This document shows positions 51,901 through 64,000 of a stretch of DNA of 64,000 nt, one piece after another. Numbering within the stretch: position 1 is the stretch's first letter; every line of letters starts with the position of its first letter. The position numbers and the translations under genes are program-made. This DNA comes from Chiloscyllium plagiosum (lineage: Eukaryota), in NCBI RefSeq assembly GCF_004010195.1, contig NC_057749.1, positions 20,331,182-20,395,181 of the forward strand. Direction: 5' to 3'. The notes beneath the pieces were generated by a model that was given only the letters and a program-made list of their open reading frames with translations, was not told where the DNA came from and did no database searches.

Positions 51901-53667
51901 TCAGCCCATCCTCTCTGTGCTGTATCTCCACAAGAGGAATTCATCTAGTGCTACTCACCTTGTTGTGCCCTTGGTCTGAACCGCTTGCTGTGTAAGAAAG
52001 ATTTAAAACATGGTGCGATCGTTTATTTAACCACTTCCCTTAAATGGGTGTCCTCTGGCTCTTAATCCTCCCATCAATGGGAATGGCCTCTTTCTCTCTA
52101 CATCCCTCACCATTTTGAAAACCTCAATCAAATCCCCTTTCAACATTCTCTTCTCCGTGGAGACCAGTCCGATTTCTACAGCCTATCCGGGACCTTTAAG
52201 GCTGGAGGCCAAGTCATCAAAAATATTGAAGAAATTGATAAGTATCTTGACGCGAAAGGCATCATGTGTACAGGGAGACTGTGGAGTACAGGAATGTTGG
52301 AGCAGGCTCGATGGGCTCAAATGGCCATGAATTTGTGATACAACTATCATGGAGTTTTCAGAACAGGCCTGTAATGTGCAGTGGCTTTATAATCAATTCG
52401 ATCTACAGCAAAACACCAAACATCTCAAAACTGACAAAACTAAAGTTTATTTTAAAATACCATCAACTCTACATACATGCAAATGAGTTCTTTTCCTATT
52501 TTAAAATATCTTGCCAGTGTTTGTCACATTAAGTCTTTTGAGTGGCAATTTTGCACAAAAATCAGAAATATGACTCAATTGAATCCTATTACTGCACCCA
52601 AAAAAATACTATTTGTTTATAGCCATAGCAACAACATGCACTGGGCTAACCTGCCTCCAGCCTAAGGAAATCAATTTAAACTTCAGTTTTGGGAGAGGGA
52701 GGGGGGGTTTAACCAGCTTCCCAATGCTGGACAGGGAACCTCAACAATCATTAGTGCAAATCAGAAACTTCCAACGGTACCAGAGATATTGTACAACCAA
52801 GGTGGTCTGAAAGCTGCCCAGTTACTGCCTGCATTCCTAGCAAATTGTGATTGACCTAAGGCATTAAAACTCCCCCGAGAGACATCACTGCACAACCAAA
52901 CTTCCCACCCTTCAAAGTGCCGTAAGATTTGATGAGAAGCTGCCCTGTGGACCTGACTGGATAAGTGTGAATTATGTCAGTGTCTAAGCACTCTGTGGGC
53001 CAGACGTCAAGGTGGAGTTGCAGGATCTTTGCAGATTGTTCCTTTCAGGGGGATTCAGGCAATGGGCAGTGGTCACTGTGACAGGACAATTGAGAAACCA
53101 AAGGCACTCATTAGAAAAGGGACATTTAGTCATTTCTTAATATGGAAAAGTCACATCAGAATTAGGGACTGTGTGGGGTTAAACCCCCAAGACAGCCAAG
53201 TAATTCAGGTTACTGACCACTGGTGGCTATTGCCACTGAGATGTGGCGAGTGGAGACCTGTGTATTTCTTGTTTAGACAGGCACTGGAACACTCGCATGG
53301 TAACTGACTTACTTTAGGCTCAGCTTTTGGTTTAAACAAAGAAATAGCTTCCTTTCGATTCCTCCCCTCTCCTCTCCTTATCCATAGTGATACAAAAACG
53401 TGGCAGTCAAATGTGTGGGTGGCTGTTGGGGTATGGAAGATACAGTTGGCAGAAACACAAGCACGTGACAAAGAAACTAAGAAGGAATAGCAGCTCGAGA
53501 GTGAGAGAGTGTGCGTGTGTGAGAGAGAGAAAGAGCAAGTCCAAAGTATTTTTAAAACTGGAAATGAGAAACAGGAGGGAAAACCTTAAAGTAGGAGACA
53601 CACACACCAACTCTCCACACACAAACACACACACAGAGCCCTGCCCTCCACACACACACAAATCTAA

Positions 53668-53868
53668 CACAAGATGACAATGTTGAAAATCTAAAATAAA
53701 AAGATGCTGGAAAATGCTGAGCTGGCCAGGCTGCCGCTTGGGAGAGGGGAGCCGTGTTAGCATTTCAGGTCAATAGTTCTGACGAGGTCACCTCGTCAAA
53801 CTTGGCTAACTGTCTCCACTGACAGCCAGACCTGCTGAGGGGTTCTAATACTTTCTGTTCTTATCTCA
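53668..53868. mobile_element. Old palindromic mini-element (family C-like)
   Basis: Diverged inverted arms around AGTTCTGACGAGGTCA. Confidence 0.45.
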
Positions 53869-54638
53869 CGCAAAAGATGGGAACAGGAGAGTGAGCTCAG
53901 ACATAAATATGGGAACAGGATAGAGTCGATGGAACCTGAATCTATTCACACCAGGAGCGGTGTTCAACCTGTAGCCATATCTGGCTGGATGACAGACGGT
54001 AACAATGCAACCCATCACTCTCGGTTGAAGGAGAAGAAGAAATTAAACCTCTTACCCCCGCCCCCCCCTTTATGCAAGTAACAGTTAGAATCAGGTTAGC
54101 ATTGCTGGTGATGCTTTTAATGGTGGACTGTCAGGTGGTTCTTATTCTTTCTCAGGAGTGAACCTGAACACAAGACACGACAACATGGAGGTGGGTAAGA
54201 TAGTCTGCACAAGGCTATAAACTCAGGATAAAATTGAGACCTGGTTAAGAAGGGTGATTCGGCAATTTCGTTATCCAAAATGGGAAATGCTGGGTTTTCA
54301 CATCAGGATTTAAATTTATTTGCACAAAAGAGAACTCCCAGAGGTAGCAACTGTCAGACATTATTTGTGGAATCAAATCTGCAACTGAACAGGCAAAAGG
54401 ACAAACTCAAAACAACTATCCAGTGCATTCCACATTCTTTATAATACCCTGGTGAATTGAGTTTACTTTCTTAAATTTCTACAACCTCGGTAAATTGATC
54501 TTGAAGGTCCTGGAGTCAACGCTCCCTGGCTGGGGAACTGTGGCACACGGCGTTAGGAAACAGTGATGTTTTGAGCCTATGCCGATGCTGAGGAGACTGT
54601 GATCAGCTTCTGGGTCCCTTGACTTGGAAAGGAGGAAC

Positions 54639-54654
54639 TGCTGCCATCTGCTGG
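54639..54654 (-). promoter_or_regulatory. Candidate CTCF site
   Basis: Minus strand CCAGCAGATGGCAGCA matches the CTCF core consensus. Confidence 0.5.
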
Positions 54655-56395
54655 AAGGCAGTATGTGCGCAGAGTGGTCAGAAAGAGCTCAACTGCATTG
54701 CCTCAATATGACAAATATCTGGCATGTTCTCATTATCGAAACTCAGAGCTCACTTCAGAGAATTTTTTCAGCTGAGGGTTTTAAGGGGTAGGATCTGGCT
54801 TTGCTGCATTGAACAGGTGAGCCAATTCAGGGGCTGAATGGCCTCCTGCAGCCTCCAACATGCTGTCAGTATATCATTTGGGAATAACTGCACCAGGTCT
54901 GTACAAGAGTCCCAAGCATAATACAAGCAAGGAATAACATGCTCACTTGGGAAACAGCGTCTTGCTCCCTAGCAAGCTCTTCGAGACTGGGACGGATAAA
55001 ATCAGACACAGTATTACTTACGCATTTCCACACTGGCACTGCCCACTGCTCTTAATCCTAGTCAGATGCCCAGGCTTAACCAAGGGAGGGTTATAACCTT
55101 CCCTGCTATCATCATTTCCAGGCCCAGGACGGCTTCCTTGCTTATTGTTGGTTTGGCAACATGTTGCATGGAAGGAGATGTGACTGCATTTTATAAAACA
55201 GCCAAATTAAATGAGGATCACCACAGTGATAACCTGCTAACATTCCAAAACCAAAATTTTAACACAATTTCTGTCTGCAAGCTCCAGTCATGAGGAGCAG
55301 CCTGGACCTAGAGTTGAGACACCATCCAGAGTCTGTGCAGGGGGTCAATGCTGGGCTGTCCTACAGTGCCTTACTCAAATTTCTACACCCAGTTTAAAAT
55401 CGCAGACAGAATGAACTGCACTGCCCCCTAGGCCAGTGAAAGGAGGGAGGCCTCTGTGCCAGATTATATCTGGCAGTTTGAGAGTCACATCTGAACCACA
55501 CACCTGAGTGCACACATGGTTTCACCATTGTCAGCATAAATGCAGCTACGCTAGCAGGAGAATCATCATCACATCTGGAACTTCTTCCTTCTTGATGTGG
55601 TGGCACAAACTCGGCTGAACCCGGGACTCAAAGGGGAGCTGGACTACAGTAAACAATGGCTTCCTGCCGACTGTGTTTCTCATCCACAGGTATCTATGGG
55701 GTTGGGGGGAGGGGTTGGTGAGAGAAGGTGGCTGCTAGTGTAAATCCTAGAGATCAAACTAAAAGCTGTCCCGTTCCTCTTTCCTGGGGCTGCTCCACCA
55801 TCCCCCCCAACCTCCACAAGATCAGCTTGTTTCTTTAAAATCTGAAAATAACGTTTATCTTTTCACCATCTCAATGGAGAGAGAAACAATTGGGGTTAAA
55901 AAAAGAACCACGCGTGCACACCACACCTACTCATGGAGTCATTACTAAGGCCACAATCCAAGTTCGAGATCTCTAGTCAGGGGCCTCATTGCTCATTTCT
56001 GATGCTGACGCTGGGATCGGCGTGACACTGTTTTCATGGAGTTTGAATATTTCTGTTTGTCTTTGCTGTGAAAGGAAGAACACAGAATGAATACAGGATA
56101 AAAGGACAGACCAAACTGTCTGACTAACTGAGCACAAAGTCACGTGTTTGGAAAGGAGTGTACACAAAGCTATTCACTGAACCACACCACAGTCTTTCAC
56201 TCGCTGTGAATGGGGAAACCAGGAATAAACAGGAAGGTTTCTTTTACCATTTTGACGCTTGACAATACCACTTTATAAATGTTTTCTTCACCCTTTAAGC
56301 CCCTCATCCTGAACAACTTTCCAAGAGAAACGTGGTATCAATGGTTCAACATTTAGTGAACTATTCTCATTCATAACTGAAAAAGACTGAGTTTC

Positions 56396-56679
56396 GGGTG
56401 GCTCAGTGGTTAACACTGCTGCCTCACAGTGGCAGGATCCCAGGTTCGATTCCAGCCTCGGGCGACTGTCTATGTGGAGTTTGCACATTCTCCCCGTGTT
56501 TGCATGGGTTTCCTCCCACAGTCCAAAGATGTGCAGGTCAGGTGAATTGGCCATGCTAAATTGACCATAGTATTAGGTCAATTAGTCAGAGCGAAATGGG
56601 ACTGGGTGGGTTACTCTTTGAAGGGTCGGTGTGGACTTGTTGGGTCGAAGGGCCTGTTTCCACACTCAAGGGAATCTAA
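56396..56679 (+). mobile_element. HE1/V-SINE-like SINE
   Basis: TGGCTCAGTGG A box, GGTTCGATTCC B box, same body as 39113. Confidence 0.88.
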
Positions 56680-57599
56680 ATATAATATAGCTCCCACTCC
56701 TTTGCAGCTGACTCCTGACTGCAGTGACTCAGAAAACTGTAACAAACAGGAAGGCCACCACCAGCGTCACAGGAAAACAGGATGGGCATTAACTGCTAGC
56801 CATCCCCACAGACCACCAATGATGGATTTTAAAAAATAATTGCACTCCCCATTCTGTGATCCAATTGGAGGACACGTTAAAAGGAGCATTTGGCTCAACC
56901 TCCTTTCTTCCTTCTCGAGAGGGCATCACAGCTAGAGGCTAGAGCAGCCCAGGACACGTCCTTTACAACAAACATAGCACAACCAACATCCCCAGTGCCT
57001 GGCACGCCAGGCCCTGCCCACAGCACAAGGCCAGTTCCAGTTCTCAGCAGGTTCACTAGGGAAAATCACAGGCAATATTCCCAATAAAGAAGTGAATGCC
57101 ACTAAGGGAAGAAACTCTGGGAAAGAGGAGAGGACTGCAGATGAGCGGGGGAAGAGACAGCAGCAGGGAAGGAGGATGGAAGTGAAGGGGATGGAGATGT
57201 TCTGGAGGAGATTAGCAGAAGGACACTTACTGACTCATCTTGATTCGGTTGCGACAGCCTTGACCTCCCTCCCAGTGACTGGAGTGGAAGCCTTTTGTCA
57301 TTATGGCTCTGCAGGAAATGCAGGGCTTCCCGTTGCTGTACGGCTGGAAAGAGGGAGCCCGAAATTAACCTGATGCTAATCAGGGCACCTTTCACACACG
57401 CAAACCCAATAGCTCAGTTATCAGTTACACTGACTGACACAACCTTAACACCAAACAAAATACATAGTGTCAAAGTGATCAATATAATCCAGGAGGAAAA
57501 AAAATCACAAATTTCACTTGGCCGCTATGAAGTTAAAATGCTCCTATTTATAACCTGGATCCCCCCCACCACCGAGTATGAAGCTGAGTCATTATAGTA

Positions 57600-57880
57600 A
57601 TGGTACCAAACTGCTACAGCTAATTTACAAACAGCGAACTCTCTCTAACAGCAGTGGCTTCAGTGACACTGGCTGACAGATAAATCTGCTGCCAGGATGT
57701 ATCTTTAAATTGGGTTAGATGATACTTCTGTTTAATGTAACAGTGACCTCCTAATAGTGCACTCTCTCAGTACCACAGTGGAGCATTAGCCAATAGTGAG
57801 TACTCGGGCCCGTGTGGTGGAACTCGAACTGACAGCCATGTGATTCAGGAGGGTATGCAATGATCCACTGAGGCATGGCC
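57600..57880 (-). mobile_element. Old SINE (possibly Deu-domain type); related copies at ~2990-3380 (-) and ~41315-41450 (+)
   Basis: Shared TGCACTCTCTCAGTACCACAGTGGAG-like segment and tRNA-like head. Confidence 0.45.
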
Positions 57881-58211
57881 GACACTAAATCACTCACCGA
57901 GTGTGACCAGCAACCAGCTTTCAGGAGCTCCTCACACATCTCCCTCCCTGCAGAATAGTACACAACCTCTGGAGAGCTGCTTCCTGTGAAGGGACACTGA
58001 TTTCAGGCTGGAGGTTGGAGGGGGAAAGAGAATTTAGGGTCGAATTCTTTCTAGCCACAGTGATGTCGTGGTAATGTCACAGGACTGGTAATCCAGAACC
58101 CCAAGTTAATGTTTAGGGGCATGGATCTGAATTGCACTGTGGCAGATGGTGAAATTTCCACTCAATAAAGAAAATGTGGAACAAAGATGTCGAACATATC
58201 ACCACCTCAGT

Positions 58212-58732
58212 TAGACCATAAGATATATAAGTGGAATTAGGCCATTCAGCCCATCGGGTCTGCTCCACCATTCAATCATGGCTGATAGGTTTCTCCAGCC
58301 CATTCTCCCGTCTCCTCCCCATATCCCTTTATCCCCTTACTAAAGGGGAACCTATTAGTGTCTTAAAGACACTCAATGGCTTGGCATCCACAGCCCTCTG
58401 CAGCAACAAATTCCACAAATTCACCATCCCCTGGGTTGAAGAAATCTCTCATCTCAGTTCTAAAGAGTCATCCCTTCACTCACGTCTTAGTCTCTCCTAC
58501 TGGCGGAAACATCTTCTCCATGTCCACACTATCAAGGCCTCTCAGTATCCCCCCCCCCGCGCCTCAAACTACAACGGTAATGTCCTTTAGAGTCATAGAG
58601 ATGTACAGCATGGAAACAGGCCCTTCAGTCCAACCTGTCCACACCGTTCAGGTATCCCAACCCAATCTACTCCCACCTGCCAGCATCCGGCCCATATCCC
58701 TCCAAACCCTTCCTATTCATATACCCATCCAA
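58212..58732 (-). mobile_element. Two adjacent CR1 3' end fragments
   Basis: AGACCATAAGATAT...GGCCATTCAGCCC and AGAGTCATAGAGATGTACAGCATGGAAACAG terminal signatures. Confidence 0.7.
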
Positions 58733-59784
58733 GGAAATCTGCTGTTTTTAGCTGGTCTGACCTAAATGGGATTTCACACCCACAGCAACGTGGTCAACTT
58801 AACTGCTCTCTGGGCAATAAATGCTGGCCTAGCCAGTGATGCTCATACCCTCCAGCTAACTCCTCAAATTCTCTCCCTCCAGCAGAGGAGATCGCCTGCT
58901 CACCTGCTCCTTTGCACAGTACCCACAGATCATTCGATTGGCCATCTCCATCACATGGTCTTGGTCATCGTCATGGCACACATCGCATGGATACGCTCTA
59001 CCACAGCATGGAAATCTGAAACCAGTCAGCACAAAGGATCAGCCGTATAGAATCGCTAAGCGAGATCAGAGGGCAGGCATATACAACCACCCTGCTTACC
59101 ACACGTTCTGAGCTCCCCAACCCCAGCGATGCAGGCAAACTTCAAGAAACATTGCTGCAATGTGATGGGGCTCCATTTTAAGCATTTGTACCCTCCAGCT
59201 AGTGGATTCAACTGAAATTCTGTCTCTCCAGCAGAAGAGATCGTCAGTCTCTCTGTTGGAGCTAATTTGAGGCCAACCTTCAGTAGAATGGCAGCCACTA
59301 AAAACAGATTAAAAAGAGCTCAACACCCGAGCAACTGAAGACATGACCACCAATGATGGAGATTAGAATCTAGAACGTTCAAGAATTCGAAGAGTGCAGA
59401 CATCTCCAAAAGTGTGAGGCGCAGGGAGATCAGAAATGGGAGCAGCCAGTCCACAGACAGCTCTTTTCTTGTCTAGGAATCAGTTTGGGTCAGCAGGCTC
59501 GGGTGGCAAGGCTGTACAGAACTTAGTGCAAGTGCTGCAGAGATTTGAACATCCTCACATTTAGAGAGGGTAAAATGTAGAAGACTCGGCAGGAGCACTT
59601 GCTACCTCGCGATTTGACTAATCCAAAAGCACGACAATAGACAACAGGTGCAGGAGTAGGCCATTCAGTCCTTCAAGCCAGCTTCTCCCTCATAGCTCCA
59701 TAGTTCCCTTTGTTCAACCGAAATATTGTCACTTCCGATTGTACCCTCTCCCTTTCAAACTGCAGATTAAAGCTTATTGTACTC

Positions 59785-60860
59785 AGATTTCCAAAAGGCA
59801 TTTGATAAGGTGCCACATTGAAGGATATGGGAAATTCCCAGTGGAGCAGGTAACATACTAGCCTGGATAGAAGATCGACTGGATAAGAAGAAACAGAAAG
59901 AAGGTTTCACTCGATTATTTTCTGGTTTCAGATTAACACATTTTACACTACAGGGATCAGTTCGGGGAACTCAACTTTTTTATAATTTACATCAATGATG
60001 TCAATGAAGAAGTAAAATGTACAGTTCCTAAATTTGCCGATGACACAAAGATAGGAAAGGAAGTGAGAAGTGGACGTAGAGTCTGTTCAAAACAATAGGC
60101 ACAGATCTGGAAAACGAGGAATAACGTGGAAAAATGTGAAACTGTCAATTTTGGCAGAAAAATTGAAAAAGCATATTATCTGAATGCTGAGATTATACAG
60201 CTTTGAGATGCAGAGGGATTTGGGTGTCCTAAAAAAAAAGGGTTAGTATACAGATGGTGCATCTAATTAGGAAAGCTAATAGAATGGTGGAATAGCATTG
60301 TTTGTTGCAAGGGAAATCAAGTACAAAAGGAGAAGGTTATGCATCAGTTATACAGGCGCTGGTCAGACTACATCTCAAGTACTCCAAATGCCTGAAAAGG
60401 CATTCAAAGTTTACTAGACTAATACCTGGAATAGGCAGCCTGTCTTATGAGTAAAGGTTTTCCAGGCAAGGCCTGGAGTTTACAGCAAAAGGTCGCTTGA
60501 TTTGAAATATATAAAATCTTGAGGGGGCCCTGACAAGGGGGAGAGGAATTTAATCTCGTGAGAGACTCTTGAACACAGAGTCTCTATTCAAATTGAACAC
60601 ATAGTCACTTTAAAAGTTAGGGATTAGCCATTTAAAGCAATGAGGAAAACATTTTCTCTTAGAGGGTTGAGAGTCTATGGAACTCTTTTCCCGAAAAGAT
60701 AGCTTTCCGAACATTTTTAAGGCAATGTTGGATAAGCAAGGGGTGAAAGGTTACCAAGGTTAGGCAGGAATGTAAAGTTTTCAGTCAGAAATGATCTTAC
60801 TTAAATGACAAAACTGCCTTGAGGGACCAAGATAGACTATTCCTGCTCCTAATTCACAAG
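59785..60860 (+). mobile_element. CR1 LINE, old RT fragment
   Basis: GATTTCCAAAAGGCATTTGATAAGGTGCC (DFQKAFDKVP), AAATTTGCCGATGACACAAAG (KFADDTK). Confidence 0.85.
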
Positions 60861-61967
60861 TTTAAATGACAGGGATGGTGCCAGGCAATGTCAGGGATGG
60901 AGAAGCGGGCAGTCTTAGAGATAACACAAGTGTGTGGCTGAAAATTAATTTCACAGTCAAGAACACCACAAAAGCTTGTCAAACAGTCTGGGTCAATCTC
61001 AAACAGTTGCTATGGAGATCGATGGAGTCAGTAACTAGGGAACAGGGCTCATGGCAGTGAATGAGAGCTCTGGCTCTGCTCGTCTTAACATTTAATTGGA
61101 GGAACTTACTGACTGATATTCTGTACTGGATGATCAAACAATTTAGCAACAATGAACTATTTGAAAGAGAGTGACAGTGTGAGAGAGCTGGGTGCTGTTC
61201 ATATACAAGTGGAAACTAATATTATGCTTTCAGATAATGTCACTGAAGAGTAAATAATGCAAGAGACACAAAATAGAGAATTATAGGCCAGTTGGCATCA
61301 TGTCAGCAGCGCTGGAAAATCCAGCATCTATTATGAGACATGTAGAATCAGGGAACTTGACAATCATGGCATGGTTCACTCAACACAGCATATCATGATT
61401 GACAAATCTGCTAAGTGGGAGAGCAAATCATGGGGAAATCCAGTGCATTTGGATTTTCAAAAAGAATTAGATGAAAGGGTCACGCAAGAAGCTATTATAA
61501 TAAATGCTTATGGATCATGTGGTAACATTATCAAGGAATGAGATGACTCATAGGCAGAAGAGAATAGAATGGCAGGTTGGAGTTTCTTAAATTTGTTCAG
61601 GAAATGACCCATCCCCAAGTTCTCTCACGAAAGGTGAGCTTCGAGCAAGCTCCCCTCAGAGCCATACACAATCCTGAATTGGAACAACATGGTTGTTTCT
61701 TCACCGCCACTAGTGAAAATTCCTTCATAAAAGCACCTACACCACACGGACTATAGCAGCACATCACTTCTGCAGAATATTTAGGGACGGGTGATAAATG
61801 CTGACCTGCCAGTGGTGCCTAATTCCTGTGAAAGAAAAGGAAGTCCGAAACAAGTCCAAAGAGAACAATAAAACCATGGGCAGTGGTCATTTCTCTGTAA
61901 TTGTCGATTATTCGATTTACTGAATTACTGACAATAGATTTACTGAAATCTAAAAGTTACAACAGTA

Positions 61968-64000
61968 AAACATAGAACATTCCAGCGCAGTACAGGCCCT
62001 TTGGCCCTCGATGTTGCACCGACCTGTGAAATCAGTCTGAAGCCCATCTAACCTACACTATTCATTATCATCCAATGACCATTTAATTGCACTTAAAGTT
62101 GGCGAGTCCACTACTGTTGCAGGCAGTGCGTTCCACACCCTTACTACTGAGTAAAGAACCTACCTCGGACATCTGTCCTATATCTATCACCCCTCAATTT
62201 AAAGTTATGTCCCCTCATGCTAACCATCACCATCAGAGGAAAAAGACTCCAACTATCCACCCTATCTAACCCTCTGATTATCTTATATGTCTCATTAAGT
62301 CACCTCGTAACCACCTCCCTAACTAAACGGCCTCAAATCCCTCAGCCTTTCCTCATAAGACCTTCCCTCCGCACCAGGTAAAAACAATGACTGCAGATGC
62401 TGAAAACCAGATTCCGGAATAGAGTGGTGCTGGAAAAGCACAGCAGTTTCCAGTTCAGGAAACAGGAAAATTGACGTTTCGGGTAAAAGCCCTTCATCAG
62501 GAATACAGGCAGAGTGCCTGAAGGGTGGAGAGATAAATGAGAGGAGGGCCTCCGCACCAGGCAACCTTCCCTCCTAGTAAATCTCTTCTGCATCCTTTCC
62601 AATACTTCCACATCCTTCCTATAATGCAGTGACCAGAACTGTACGCAATACACCAAGTGCGGCCACACCAGAGTTTTGTACAGCTGCAACATAACCTCAT
62701 GGCTCCAAAACTCAATCCCTCTACCAGTAAAAGTTAATACACTATATGCATTATTAACAACTTTACCAATCTGGATGTCAACTTTCAGGGATTGTGCACA
62801 TGGACACTGATATCTCTGTTTATCTACACCACCAAGAATCTTACTATTAGCTCAGGACTCTGTATTCCTGTTACTCCTTCCAAAGTGAATCACCTCACAC
62901 TTTTCCACATTAAACTCCATTTGCCACCTCTCAGCCCAGCACTGCAGCTTATCTATGTCCCTCTGTAACCTGCAGCATCCTTCCACACTATCCACAACTC
63001 CACCGACCTTAGTGTCATCCGCAAATTTACTACCCCATCCTTCTACGCGCTCATTCAGGTCATTTATAAACATGACAAACAGCAGTGACCCCAAAACAGG
63101 CATTGCGGTACACCACTAGTAATTGAACTCCAGGATGAACATTTCCCATCAACCACCACCCTCTGCCTTCTTTCAGCTAGCCAATGTCTGATCCAAACCG
63201 CTAAATCAGCCTTTGTATTTTGTGCAATAGCCTACTGAGGGGAACCTTGTCAAATGCCTTACTGAAATCCATATACACCACATCAACCACTTTACCCTCA
63301 TCCACCTGTTTGGTCACCTTCTCAAAGAAGTCAGTAAGGGTTGTGAGGCACGATCTACCCTTCACAAAACTGTGCTGACTATTCCTAATCGAATTATTCC
63401 TCTCTGGACAATTATAAATCCTCTATCTTATAATCCTTTCCAACACTTTACCCAGAACTGAAGTAAAGCTCACTGGTCTATAATTCCTAGGGTTGTCTCT
63501 ACTCCCCTTCTTGAACAAGGGAACAACATTTGCTATCCTCCAGTATTCTGGCACTATTCCTGTAGACAATGACAACATAAAGATCAAAGCCAAAGATTCT
63601 GCAGTGTCCTCCCTGGCTTCCCTGAGAAACCTATGATAAATCCCATCAGGCCTGGGGATTTATCTATTTTCACACTTTCCAGAATTGCTAACACCTCCTC
63701 CTTATGAACCTCAATCCCGTCTAGTCTAATAGCTGGATCTCAGTATTCTCCTCGACAACGTTGTCTTTCTCGTGCGTGAATACTGATGAAAAATATTTAT
63801 TTAGCACCTCTCCTATCTCATTGGACTCCACACATAACGTCTCACTACTGTCCTTGACTGGCCCTAATCTTACTCTTGTCATTCTTTCATTCCTGATATA
63901 CCGATAGAAAGCTTTAGGGTTTTCCTTGACCCTACCTGCCAAAGTCTTCTCATGTCCCCTCTCTTAGCTCTCTCTTTAGGTCTTTCCTGGCTAACTTGTA
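61968..64000 (-). mobile_element. CR1 LINE continuing beyond the window end
   Basis: KENPKAFYRYI, VLGSLLFVMFINDL, KFADDTK, LVWPHLVYCVQFWS. Confidence 0.93.
62379..62548 (-). mobile_element. Non-palindromic family A mini-element with hammerhead core, inserted in a CR1
   Basis: Minus strand CTGATGA-A-GGGC-TTTT-ACCC-GAAA-CGTC (62500-62473); TSD CCTCCGCACCAGG at 62366-62378 and 62549-62561. Confidence 0.85.

Noticed and set aside
49300..61900. Additional protein-coding exons in the distal intergenic region
   Set aside because: No recognisable peptide with supporting splice sites found by eye; small exons cannot be excluded
1..64000. CRISPR arrays, operons or other prokaryotic systems
   Set aside because: No regularly spaced direct repeats; the sequence is spliceosomal-intron, LINE/SINE-rich vertebrate DNA

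Overview
Eukaryotic, repeat-rich vertebrate DNA. The repeat families (CR1-type LINEs, HE1/V-SINE-like tRNA SINEs, Penelope-like elements) point to a cartilaginous fish, probably a shark (inference). Two protein-coding genes are supported. The first is the 3' end of casein kinase 1 gamma (CSNK1G1-like, + strand): exons 2612-2722 and 5021-5127, a 24-nt microexon at 8035-8058, and a terminal exon at 29017-29071 followed by a long repeat-poor 3' UTR. The second is an intronless cholesterol 25-hydroxylase-like gene (- strand, 42008-42787), convergent with it. Most other ORFs in the track are decayed retrotransposon fragments or chance ORFs. The most interesting layer is non-coding: short, often palindromic insertions with 12-16 bp target-site duplications carry minimal hammerhead ribozyme cores (CUGANGA-stemII-GAAA-CGUC). 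At least four sequence families occur, alongside a TSD-bounded Penelope-like retroelement with RT, GIY-YIG remnants and hammerhead remnants in its inverted terminal repeats. Hammerheads in Penelope-like elements are established; whether these particular palindromic mini-elements are described cannot be determined from the sequence alone. Repeat boundaries are approximate unless a TSD is given.
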